Sequence record: SRR22947725_1140
Length of the DNA stretch: 41,366 nucleotides
Strand: one strand, 5' to 3'
The notes below the pieces were generated by a model. That model did not search any database and was not told where the DNA came from. It was given only the letters and a program-made list of their open reading frames with translations. The position numbers and the translations under genes were made by a program. Within the stretch, counting starts at the first letter, position 1; each line of letters begins with the position of its first letter. Below are positions 30,332 through 39,880 of the stretch, in pieces.

Positions 30332-31149
30332 AGTCTCTTTATTGAAGTTACCACCCCACCATCACTCTTTTTTATTCTTGCCATTACAAGGTCAAAATCT
30401 TCCTCTACGACGGCCATGTGATATGCGTTAGCATGGATTAAAGTGTTATTTTCATCTAAAATTCCAACATGCCCCTTCCAGAACACTAAGTCACCTTTTT
30501 TAGCTTCTGTTAACTTAACTCTCTTACCCACTGCTTCTTCTTGCATATCAGTATCTCTAGGACAGTTTATACCACAAACATTTAAAGCTAACTGAACTAA
30601 ACCTGAGCAGTCTATACCTTTTCTCGAACCGCCTCCCCACAAATATGGAGAATTTAACAATAAGCGCGCAGTTGCGACATAATCAACCAACTGGTTTTCT
30701 ATTTCTTTTAAATGGCAAACTGGAATAAAACTACCGTTATTCAGCTCCGCCCATACCCCTGTGACTTTTTTAACAGTAACTTTGTCACCAAGAAAAAATT
30801 CACTTATATCCTTCTGTTTAAAATCTGGCTTTACATATGAGTTACTACCAGCCACACAGACCCAATGAGACACCTTAGTACAAGGAACTACATGATTTTC
30901 AGAGATATAGCCACAATACTGATCTTTTTCAGATTGAATATAGGCAAACCCATTTAATCGTTCAAAAACTTTAATTGGATCTCCTAATGACAGTTGAGAT
31001 ACTCTATTTCCACCATGTGCGTTTAATAAATCTGTTGGCCCAAACCCACATTGAGCTTTTGAGCCTTCCAAAAAAGATTCTGAATTTACTTTTCCTTTCA
31101 AAAATTTAGCAGCTACTCTTCCATTAGCTGGAGTAACACGGTAATCCAT
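30328..31149 (-). CDS. NlpC/P60 (C40) peptidase with SH3-like N-terminus
   Basis: PYLWGG..GIDCSGLVQ, PRDTDMQ, GDLVFWKGHVG, IHAN. Confidence 0.92.
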   Translation of the reverse strand: MDYRVTPANGRVAAKFLKGKVNSESFLEGSKAQCGFGPTDLLNAHGGNRVSQLSLGDPIKVFERLNGFAYIQSEKDQYCGYISENHVVPCTKVSHWVCVAGSNSYVKPDFKQKDISEFFLGDKVTVKKVTGVWAELNNGSFIPVCHLKEIENQLVDYVATARLLLNSPYLWGGGSRKGIDCSGLVQLALNVCGINCPRDTDMQEEAVGKRVKLTEAKKGDLVFWKGHVGILDENNTLIHANAYHMAVVEEDFDLVMARIKKSDGGVVTSIKRL

Positions 31150-32546
31150 TAAAACTTTAAAACCTCAGGCAATGCATCTAAAATAGCCCTAGCTCCCATA
31201 CCAACACCACCTTTTGGTCTTCCTGGACTAGCCGTAGGTTGCCATCCATAAATGTCAAAATGTGCAAAACTTTTCGCATTTTCTACAAAGCGTCTCAGAA
31301 AAAGTGCGGCCGTAATAGACCCAGCAAACCCTCCACTTGGAGCGTTATCTAAGTCTGCTATTCCTGGCTCGATTAGTGATTCATAAGGATTATAAAATGG
31401 CATTTCCCAAATAGGATCTCTCACTCTAATAGAAGATTCCCTTAACAAATTAGCTAGATTATTATCATCAGTATAAAAAGGAGCTACATCAGGCCCAACA
31501 GCGACACGTGCTGCACCCGTTAAAGTTGCCATACATATTAACAAGTCGGGGGAATCTTCGTCTGCATATGCCAAAGCATCCGCCAAAATCAGTCTTCCCT
31601 CTGCATCCGTATTATTAACCTCTACTGTTAACCCCTTTCTAGAAGTGAGGATATCTTGCGGTCTAAAGGCTGATGATGCGATAGAGTTTTCAACAGCAGG
31701 CACCAGTACTCGTAATCTTAATGGCAAATTTAAAGCCATTATCATATGTGCTAGCCCAATCACAGTGGCCGCCCCACCCATATCCTTTTTCATAAGAGAC
31801 ATTGATGATCCTGGCTTAATATTTAATCCACCTGTATCAAAACAAACACCCTTGCCAACTAACGTCAAATTTGGACCGTATTCACCCCAAACTAATTCTA
31901 TCAAACGAGGCAATTCTGCTGAAGCTCTTCCTACAGTGTGTATCATTGGGAAATTTTTTTCTAATAAGTGCTCACCGCAGATAGTTTTAATGGATGCACC
32001 ATGTAAATCAGCTAAAGACCTTATAGATTTCTCTAGTTCTAAGGGGCCCATATTGTTAGTTGGCGTATTTATTAAATCTCTAGTTAAAGCTTCACCTTGA
32101 GCTATTTTCTCAATTCTTGTCCCATCAAACATACTCGGAGAAACCAACCTGGGATTATTCTTCACTTGGTTTCGATACTTTGAAAAATGGTATTGAGATA
32201 AAAGCCAACCGAGGTAATGCTCTTTTACTTCGAACTCAGGGTGCTCAGAAACAAGTTTGTACTTAAGGTCAGGGATTTTTTCTGTCACACCCCCCAAAAC
32301 AAATCGATTTCTTTTTCTAATCTCTTCGCTACCTAATCCAACTAAAACTTTTTCGATGTTTCCTAAACTATCAGGAACCAAGCAAACATCTCCCGAACTA
32401 GCTGAAAATTTGTTTGCATGTATCCAGTTTTTAACGTGGCTATTTTCCCTATCTAGCCAAAGATTAAATTCCTCTGCTTTAATAAGGTAAATTGGACAGG
32501 CTTCTGCGTTGTCTTGTTCAAAATTATATTCAAGAAACTCCAGCAT
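31149..32546 (-). CDS. Leucyl aminopeptidase (M17 family)
   Basis: VGKGVCFDTGG..MKKDMGGAA, NTDAEGRL, ATLTGA. Confidence 0.94.
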   Translation of the reverse strand: MLEFLEYNFEQDNAEACPIYLIKAEEFNLWLDRENSHVKNWIHANKFSASSGDVCLVPDSLGNIEKVLVGLGSEEIRKRNRFVLGGVTEKIPDLKYKLVSEHPEFEVKEHYLGWLLSQYHFSKYRNQVKNNPRLVSPSMFDGTRIEKIAQGEALTRDLINTPTNNMGPLELEKSIRSLADLHGASIKTICGEHLLEKNFPMIHTVGRASAELPRLIELVWGEYGPNLTLVGKGVCFDTGGLNIKPGSSMSLMKKDMGGAATVIGLAHMIMALNLPLRLRVLVPAVENSIASSAFRPQDILTSRKGLTVEVNNTDAEGRLILADALAYADEDSPDLLICMATLTGAARVAVGPDVAPFYTDDNNLANLLRESSIRVRDPIWEMPFYNPYESLIEPGIADLDNAPSGGFAGSITAALFLRRFVENAKSFAHFDIYGWQPTASPGRPKGGVGMGARAILDALPEVLKF

Positions 32547-32678
32547 TAAATAATCTCCTAAAAAAACTTAATTGAATTCTAAGAACTAGTATTTTATTTT
32601 ATTAGTTTAGAGATAGTTATTGAGTAGAACAGTCTTATCGGGGTATTATAAGCCTTAACTACCGAGGAACAATATATA

Positions 32679-33323
32679 ATGGCAATAAAACCTTTACCAA
32701 GCTTTCTTATAAATCGTTATAATGACTGGAGATCCAATAGTTATTTGCAAAATAAAGATTGGTACAAGAAAATATCAGCAGAAGACCAACACCCCAAGGC
32801 AATGGTAATCTCTTGTTGTGATAGTCGAGTACACGTCACTGCAATTTTTGGAGCTGAACAGGGGGAGTTCTTTATTCATCGAAATATTGCAAATTTGATA
32901 CCACCATTTTCTCCAAATGGTGACTATCATGGCACATCGGCCGCAATAGAATATGCTGTTACTTCTCTAAAAATTTCTAAAATCATAGTTTTAGGGCATT
33001 CAAACTGTGGAGGTGTAAATGGATGTCATGATATGTGTTCGGGGAAAGCGCCGGAGTTAGAAAAGGAGACCAGTTTCATAGGTAGATGGATGGATATTCT
33101 TAAGCCAGGGTATGAAAAAGTTAAGCACATACTCGATGAAGAAGAAAGCAAAGAGGCATTAGGAAAAGAAGCTGTTTTAATTTCTTTAAAAAACTTACAA
33201 ACATTTCCATTTATAAAAGATGCCATAAAAAAAGATAGACTCAACCTTTACGGCCTGTGGACTCATATTGGGCAGGGGGATTTAGAACACTACATTGACG
33301 GTGATGGATTTAAACCAGTTTAG
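32679..33323 (+). CDS. can: Beta-class carbonic anhydrase
   Basis: SCCDSRV, HRNIAN, AIEYAV, GHSNCGG Zn ligands. Confidence 0.93.
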   Translation: MAIKPLPSFLINRYNDWRSNSYLQNKDWYKKISAEDQHPKAMVISCCDSRVHVTAIFGAEQGEFFIHRNIANLIPPFSPNGDYHGTSAAIEYAVTSLKISKIIVLGHSNCGGVNGCHDMCSGKAPELEKETSFIGRWMDILKPGYEKVKHILDEEESKEALGKEAVLISLKNLQTFPFIKDAIKKDRLNLYGLWTHIGQGDLEHYIDGDGFKPV

Positions 33324-34338
33324 ACATAAGCACTTTACAAACATAAGTTTCTGCGATTTGAACAGCATTTAAAGCAGCTCCTTTTCGTAAATTATCCGAA
33401 ACACACCACAGGTTGAGTCCATTTTCCACCGTATTATCTTGCCTAATTCTACTTATAAATGTTGCATTATCACCAACACATTCAACTGGTGTGATATAGC
33501 CACCATCCTCACGTTTATCTATAACCATAATACCATCCGATTCTCTTAATATACTCCTAGCCTCATCAACACCAAGAAACTCCTCAAATTCAATGTTAAT
33601 TGACTCAGAGTGCCCAACAAACACTGGCACGCGAACACATGTAGCTGTTACATTTATATTCTTATCTAAGATTTTTTGAGTCTCAGCAATCATTTTCCAC
33701 TCTTCTTTAGTCGATCCATCCTCTAAAAAAACATCTATGTGGGGTATTACATTAAAAGCAATTTTCTTTGTGTAAACCGTAGGTGACACTCCTTGGTGTG
33801 GGACATAAACCCCTTTAGTTTGATTCCAAAGTTCGTCGATACCTTCTTTACCAGAACCCGAAACAGACTGATACGTACTTACCACCACCCTCTTAATCCT
33901 TGCACGATCATGAAGGGGTCTAAGAGCTACTACCATCTGGGACGTGGAACAGTTCGGATTTGCAATAATATTTTTGTTTTTGAAATCAAAAATAGCATTA
34001 GAATTAACTTCTGGAACTATTAACGGAACCTCAGGATCATAACGATAAAGGGATGAATTATCTATAACAAGGCAACCAGATTTTGCTGCCCTAGGCGCAT
34101 GTTCTTTAGTAGCATCAGATCCTATAGCAAATAATGCAATATCATATCCTGAAAAATTGAAACCCTCTAAATCTTTAGTTTTGAGTGTTTTATCTCCATA
34201 ACTTAGTTCAGTTCCAATAGATCTTCGGCTAGCCAATGCGACTATTTCCTTAATTGGGAAATCTCTCTCTGATAAAATATTCAGCATTTCTCTGCCAACT
34301 TTTCCAGTAGCGCCAACTACAACAATATTATAAGCCAT
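33310..34338 (-). CDS. asd: Aspartate-semialdehyde dehydrogenase
   Basis: VGATGKVG, IDNSS, ANPNCST, TYQSVSGSG, CVRVPV..GH, DNLRKGAA. Confidence 0.97.
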   Translation of the reverse strand: MAYNIVVVGATGKVGREMLNILSERDFPIKEIVALASRRSIGTELSYGDKTLKTKDLEGFNFSGYDIALFAIGSDATKEHAPRAAKSGCLVIDNSSLYRYDPEVPLIVPEVNSNAIFDFKNKNIIANPNCSTSQMVVALRPLHDRARIKRVVVSTYQSVSGSGKEGIDELWNQTKGVYVPHQGVSPTVYTKKIAFNVIPHIDVFLEDGSTKEEWKMIAETQKILDKNINVTATCVRVPVFVGHSESINIEFEEFLGVDEARSILRESDGIMVIDKREDGGYITPVECVGDNATFISRIRQDNTVENGLNLWCVSDNLRKGAALNAVQIAETYVCKVLMSKLV

Positions 34339-34484
34339 TTTCTATTAAATCCTTAAAAGAGGTTCTTACTATTCACTGCCTAATAGCTCTTTGTTAGCTT
34401 TAGGAAAAGGCGTAATCGAGTTTGTCTTGCTGTTTAGTATGAATCCAAGGTAAACGTGGGTGAAATATAGGATAGAAAAGAACC

Positions 34485-36416
34485 TTGAATAATAAAACTA
34501 AATATAAATCATTTACTTTATTCAAAAGACTGTGGACAGGGTATCTCAGGAATCATATTTTCTTACTATTGGTTGCAATGCTATTTATGGTTGTCGAGGG
34601 TGGCACCCTTGGTGGATTAAGCTATATGCTCCAACCGATGTTTGACCTTGTAATGGTAAAAGGCGATGCAGGGGCTATCTGGTTTGTTGCAACTGCTATA
34701 TTAATGCTGTTTGTAGTAAGGGGTATAACAGGAATAATTCATAGAACTCTACTAACTAAAGTTTCTTATGAAGCATCAACACAGATTCAAGTTGATTTAC
34801 TAAATCACACCTTACATTTAGATAATAGTTTTCATTCAAAGACCTCTCCAGGTGCCTTAATTGAACGTGTTCAAGGAGACGTTATATCCATACAACATCT
34901 TTGGAACACCATTTTAGTAAATGCAGGAAGAGATTCTATAGCATTACTATCACTTATCGGCGTTGCCATTTCAATAGACTGGGTTTGGACTCTGGTAACC
35001 ATAATGGGTGCCCCCATTTTATTACTCCCAAGCTTAGCGGTTCAAAGGTACGTAAGGCGTAAAAGTGGTTACTTAAGAGAAATTGCCTCAGATAGAACCC
35101 TTCGCCTTGATGAAATTTTTCATGGTATAATACCTATAAAGCTAAATCGTATGGAACCATACCAGTTATCTAGATTTTCAAAATTATCCCAAGATTGGGT
35201 GAAATCTACAATAAAAACTGTAGCTGGTCAGGCTTCAATCCCAGCTCTAGTTGATCTTGCAGTAGGTTTCGGATTTTTTAGTGTTCTGTTATACGGAGGT
35301 CCGCAAATAATATCTGGTGAAAAGTCAATTGGTGAATTTATGAGCTTTTTTACCGCCATGGCTTTGGCCTTTCAACCGATGAGAAGGCTAGGAAACGTTG
35401 CAAGCAATTGGGAAATAATGGCTGCAAGCTTAAATAGAATCTTTAATTTATTTGATACAGTTCCTGACATCAAAGATACTGTTTCAACAAAAATAAAAGA
35501 ACCGAAAAATTTCGATATTTCCTTTGATAATGTGCATCTAAGCTATGACTCCACCCCAGTATTAAATGGGTTAAGTTTTAATGCACCACATGGAAAAACT
35601 ACTGCCATTGTTGGTGAATCTGGAGCTGGGAAAAGTACGTTGTTTAATGCACTTACCCGATTAGTCGATCCCAAAAGCGGTAGTATTAACATTGATGGAA
35701 TTAACACTAAAAATATCTCAATTGAAAAGCTTAGGAGTCTTTTCTCTGTAGTTTCTCAAGATGCTTTATTATTCGATGAAACACTTATCGAAAACATACT
35801 TTTAGGGAAAAAAAATATTTCTAATGAAAAGGTTAAACAGGTTTTAGACGATGCAAATGTAACTAAATTCATTTCTACTCTATCTCATGGCCTTGAAACA
35901 AAAGTTGGCCCCAGAGGTTCAAATCTATCAGGTGGCCAAAGGCAACGTGTAGCAATTGCAAGAGCGTTACTTCGAGATACTCCTATTTTACTCCTTGATG
36001 AAGCAACAAGTGCTTTAGATGCCGAATCTGAGAAATTTGTACAGGAAGCCTTAGAAAAACTATCTAAAGGAAGAACTACTATAGTTATTGCGCATAGATT
36101 ATCTACCATTCATGATGCAGATCAAATCATAGTATTGTCGAAAGGGAGGATTGCTGAGATCGGAACTCACGATAATCTAATCAATCAAAAAGGTACTTAT
36201 TCAAACTTATACAGCTTACAATCTAAACCCAATAAAGAAGTTGATGTTCCGTTAAATGACTCAACATTAATTAGTAATTCAACAAAATCTCCTCTAAACC
36301 TTAAAAACCAAAAAAGCTTGGTTGAAAATAAGCACAATTTTCCTTCGTCGAATTCAAAAAAATTGAATTGGGTGCAGCGAATCCTTATAGCTATCGCTAG
36401 AAAATTAACCTTTTAA
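34485..36416 (+). CDS. MsbA-like ABC exporter, fused permease/ATPase
   Basis: TM domain, GESGAGKST, LSGGQRQR, LLLDEATSALD. Lies next to glycosyltransferase genes; TTG start. Confidence 0.9.
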   Translation: MNNKTKYKSFTLFKRLWTGYLRNHIFLLLVAMLFMVVEGGTLGGLSYMLQPMFDLVMVKGDAGAIWFVATAILMLFVVRGITGIIHRTLLTKVSYEASTQIQVDLLNHTLHLDNSFHSKTSPGALIERVQGDVISIQHLWNTILVNAGRDSIALLSLIGVAISIDWVWTLVTIMGAPILLLPSLAVQRYVRRKSGYLREIASDRTLRLDEIFHGIIPIKLNRMEPYQLSRFSKLSQDWVKSTIKTVAGQASIPALVDLAVGFGFFSVLLYGGPQIISGEKSIGEFMSFFTAMALAFQPMRRLGNVASNWEIMAASLNRIFNLFDTVPDIKDTVSTKIKEPKNFDISFDNVHLSYDSTPVLNGLSFNAPHGKTTAIVGESGAGKSTLFNALTRLVDPKSGSINIDGINTKNISIEKLRSLFSVVSQDALLFDETLIENILLGKKNISNEKVKQVLDDANVTKFISTLSHGLETKVGPRGSNLSGGQRQRVAIARALLRDTPILLLDEATSALDAESEKFVQEALEKLSKGRTTIVIAHRLSTIHDADQIIVLSKGRIAEIGTHDNLINQKGTYSNLYSLQSKPNKEVDVPLNDSTLISNSTKSPLNLKNQKSLVENKHNFPSSNSKKLNWVQRILIAIARKLTF

Positions 36417-36453
36417 TTAAACATAATATTCCCATGCCAAGCACTACATGCTA

Positions 36454-36471
36454 TTAGGGCTATAGCCCTAA
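36454..36471. repeat. Perfect 18-bp palindrome TTAGGGCTATAGCCCTAA (hairpin or operator)
   Basis: The sequence equals its own reverse complement and lies 37 nt after the ABC exporter stop. Confidence 0.7.
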
Positions 36472-36554
36472 GTGTTAGTTAAATGAAAAGTTTGTCAAAA
36501 TATTCACATAATATCCTTTTCCACTAGTAAAAATTTTTATATTGGAATCTAAAG

Positions 36555-37289
36555 TTGTCACCACGAAAAAAAACAAAACTAGAACGTCTACTGTCATTCA
36601 ATCAGCATCGGCGGCGTTTTGGAGGATCCCAGAACTTTTCTCGCATAGAGGATTTAACTACTCTTAGAAATTCAATTATCCAGGGCACTAAAAAAACTTA
36701 TACCCACGGCTCTTCAAAAAATTTATCTGAACACCTGGAAAGCTTAAAAAATGAGTTCGTTGGAGATTCTGAACTTTGTTATGTAGTCGCGAAAACAATC
36801 GTCTTAATTAGGCGTGAATCTAAAATAAAAGACAATTATAAAATTTTAGAAACTCTTTTAACTGAAGAGGGTGATTTTTTATTAAAGAATTTAAATTTAA
36901 GGTGGTTAGTTTCAATCTCAGATACAATCTCAGAGCACTCAAGTTGTCCTGAAACTAGAGCACTTGCTTTATGCGCAACGATATTGGGTAATACAGTAAA
37001 AATTTATGAGACAGAGAGATATCTAGAAAATAATACTAATTCAAAAGACGACCCTGAACGTCTTAGAATACTACAATCGGAGCGCGTTCCCTTAGTAGGT
37101 GGAATGTCTGGGTTTTGTATAGGAACTGATGATACACTTAGAAACATGCGCTTTAGAATGAATACAGTTTGTAAAACAAACCCTATTGGAAATATTTTGT
37201 TGGAAATATTTTCAAGAATTCAATACGAAGACACTGGCTACAGCAGACTAAAAAAACGACACACACGATCCAGAACTAGTTGGTGGTAA
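36555..37289 (+). CDS. Hypothetical protein in LPS-related cluster
   Basis: 244-aa ORF whose stop is separated by 1 nt from the GT25 start; motif LRWLVSISDT. The TTG start is uncertain. Confidence 0.75.
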   Translation: MSPRKKTKLERLLSFNQHRRRFGGSQNFSRIEDLTTLRNSIIQGTKKTYTHGSSKNLSEHLESLKNEFVGDSELCYVVAKTIVLIRRESKIKDNYKILETLLTEEGDFLLKNLNLRWLVSISDTISEHSSCPETRALALCATILGNTVKIYETERYLENNTNSKDDPERLRILQSERVPLVGGMSGFCIGTDDTLRNMRFRMNTVCKTNPIGNILLEIFSRIQYEDTGYSRLKKRHTRSRTSWW

Positions 37290-37290
37290 T

Positions 37291-38082
37291 ATGCTTTTTC
37301 ATTCCTTTATCATCAATTTACCAAAAGAAAAAACTCGTCACAGTTTCATGAAAAAGCAGATGAAAAAACTTGATTTAAAGCATACCTTTATTTCAGCTGT
37401 TATGGTCTCCAACTTAAACGAAGACGATTACATAAAAGGTGGGATGGGTTGGCAAAGACCTCTCCGAAAAACTGAACTAGCATGTTTCTTAAGCCACAGA
37501 GAAGCGTGGAAAAGGGCAGCCAACTCAGATACTCATTCCTTAATATTAGAAGACGATGCAGTACTTTCACCCTCTACTAAAGATATAATTCATGATATTA
37601 TAGGATCACTCAAATTCGACTTCCTTTGCCTTGAAACTAGGTTTCATAGAAAGAAGTTAATTGGACCTACTCAATTAACAAGAAAAAGTAAGGTTGCACG
37701 GCTTTACCAAGACAGAGCAGGGGCTGCTGCATACCTACTAAGCCCAGCAGGAGCAAAGAAACTATATACAAAAAGTAAAATTTCTAAACCAGGTTTAGCT
37801 GATGCTTTCATTTCAAGTTCTTATGAGCTTGAAGCTTATCAAATACTACCAGCACTAGCCATCCAACTTGATCAATGCAATATTCACGGACTTGTTCCTG
37901 AAATTAAAACAGTGACATCAATAAACGAAAGCAGACCAAATGATAGAATGGGCTTCTTTTTAAAATTAAGATTTATTACTAGGCGGATTACTGCTCAGAT
38001 TCGCTTAGCTATACGAATTATATCAAAGATGTTTATCTCAAGGTTCAAAGTAATTCCCATAGCACCAGATTTCTATAATTAA
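37291..38082 (+). CDS. Glycosyltransferase family 25
   Basis: IINL...R, ELACFLSHREAW, ILEDD, GAAAYLLSPAGAKKL. Confidence 0.9.
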   Translation: MLFHSFIINLPKEKTRHSFMKKQMKKLDLKHTFISAVMVSNLNEDDYIKGGMGWQRPLRKTELACFLSHREAWKRAANSDTHSLILEDDAVLSPSTKDIIHDIIGSLKFDFLCLETRFHRKKLIGPTQLTRKSKVARLYQDRAGAAAYLLSPAGAKKLYTKSKISKPGLADAFISSSYELEAYQILPALAIQLDQCNIHGLVPEIKTVTSINESRPNDRMGFFLKLRFITRRITAQIRLAIRIISKMFISRFKVIPIAPDFYN

Positions 38083-38159
38083 AGATGCATACTTAAATCT
38101 AATTTTCCTGATAAATTATAAAAACATCACTATCAGTAAAGTTTTTTATTTTATGTATA

Positions 38160-39209
38160 TTATACAGACCACAACTGTTTATACAAATCACTAATTAACT
38201 CCACTTCATTACTTATGCTGTAAGTTTCATCGGCCGCTGTCCTACTCCTTATACTAGCTTCACTACGATACGCTTCCTCTGTTAAAAAAAGGTTTATACA
38301 GTCAACAGCTGAACTTAAATCTTCTATTGGCACTACTTTTCCACAACGACCTTGATCTGAGAATTCATTAAAATACCCTGTGTTGCTAGCCACGAACGGT
38401 ACACCTGACGCCATTCCTTCCAATGGAGTCATTCCATACCCTTCATAACGTGGTAAAGCGACTAACAAAGACAAAGATCTAAAAATACTTGGTAATTTTT
38501 CAGCAGAAATTTCACCTGTAAAAATAATCCTATTGTTTAATCCAGCAGTATTAACTTTACTCTTTAAGTTTTCTAAAAAGCTTTTATCCTTATCTCCAGC
38601 CTTTCCAATTACTAAAGCAGTTAGATCTTTCATATTTGGTAATACCCTAATCATCGAATCTACAAACAAATCAGTACCTTTTTCTTTTCTAATACGTCCA
38701 ATTGTTGCAATCCCCTTAACACCGGGATAGCCAGTTTTTTTCCAGGCTTCTCTTAAGTTATTTGATGGCGTGAATTTTTCTGTATTAACACCGTGTGGGA
38801 TAATAGCACCTACATTAGGCACATAACTGGCCGCTAACTTTGTAGTTGCAATTACTGTGTCCATTTTGGAAATTAACCACCTGGGAACTAAAGAATGTCG
38901 CCGTTGCGCCGCAGATGTAAAAACTATCTTTATTGGGAGACCTAATATATCTCTTGCTATGATAGCATCCCTCATCTCATTATTACGCCTTACGTGCCAT
39001 ATAGAAAATGGTTTATTTCTGGGCTTAACCTTTGCAAATGAGCACGCTGTCGTTCGCGACACAGGTTTAGGACAATCGGGTAAAGGATACCCCACAAGCC
39101 TTGAGTTATAAATTTGAGTTTGTTTTATTAAAACATTCGCAGTTGTTGCTGAAACACCAGTAAAGTTCTTATTATAATTAGTGACAAACAAGTCAATATT
39201 ATCGGTCAT
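38160..39209 (-). CDS. Glycosyltransferase family 4, LpcC-like LPS core transferase
   Basis: N..NFTGVSAT, WHVRRNNEM, FTSAAQRRH, GRIRKEKGTDLF, EGYGMTPLEGMASG (EX7E). Confidence 0.88.
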   Translation of the reverse strand: MTDNIDLFVTNYNKNFTGVSATTANVLIKQTQIYNSRLVGYPLPDCPKPVSRTTACSFAKVKPRNKPFSIWHVRRNNEMRDAIIARDILGLPIKIVFTSAAQRRHSLVPRWLISKMDTVIATTKLAASYVPNVGAIIPHGVNTEKFTPSNNLREAWKKTGYPGVKGIATIGRIRKEKGTDLFVDSMIRVLPNMKDLTALVIGKAGDKDKSFLENLKSKVNTAGLNNRIIFTGEISAEKLPSIFRSLSLLVALPRYEGYGMTPLEGMASGVPFVASNTGYFNEFSDQGRCGKVVPIEDLSSAVDCINLFLTEEAYRSEASIRSRTAADETYSISNEVELISDLYKQLWSV

Positions 39210-39276
39210 AGCAGAAGCCTATTATAATGAGGGACTATAAAAAAATTAACGATTTCCAGTACTCTCTTTAGTATTA

Positions 39277-39855
39277 TTAATTATCATTAGGCGACTGATC
39301 ACGGTCACACATACTATAATCACGTAATATTTCATATATTGTAGCATCAACCGTAGCACCTAGTGTATCAATATTAGAAATTAATTTTGATGCGCCGTCA
39401 AAGTCTAAAGTAGAGACCATAGTAATAAATGCATCCTCTCTATTTATACTTTTAAAAGATATAAATGAAGTTCCCTGAAGTTCTTTAGTACTATTAATTA
39501 ATACAATATACTTTGATTCAAATGTTCTTTTTGTTTCATTATAATAGCTCAGTTTTTTTCTTTCATATTTAACGACTTTCTTGCCTACCCTAATTCTGTA
39601 GTCATCAAAGTGTAATTTCTTACCTTTCATTTGGGCTTTTTTATGTTCAGGATCTTGCCGCCAACTTAAAATTGATTCTTCGCTGTCCCAAATTTGAAAA
39701 GATAAAAGAAATTTTTTATCAGACAAATTTGAAAACCTATCAATCCACATAAGTCCAGGGTATTTTGACAGAATTGGATTAAGGTAATCTACCTCACTTA
39801 AGTAATTTTTTAGATGGCCATCTTTAGGCTTTACTTCAAAAAAAAGACCATACAT
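39277..39855 (-). CDS. ABM (antibiotic biosynthesis monooxygenase-like) domain protein with extra C-terminal half
   Basis: FEVKP..Y..PG..IDRF..LS..W.SEESI..WR..EH..AQ..G...F.DYRIRVG. Confidence 0.82.
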   Translation of the reverse strand: MYGLFFEVKPKDGHLKNYLSEVDYLNPILSKYPGLMWIDRFSNLSDKKFLLSFQIWDSEESILSWRQDPEHKKAQMKGKKLHFDDYRIRVGKKVVKYERKKLSYYNETKRTFESKYIVLINSTKELQGTSFISFKSINREDAFITMVSTLDFDGASKLISNIDTLGATVDATIYEILRDYSMCDRDQSPNDN

Positions 39856-39880
39856 ATACTCTTCACCTTAATTTTTAAAA

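Noticed and set aside
31645-32100. 151-aa + strand ORF
   Set aside because: Antisense shadow of the M17 peptidase.
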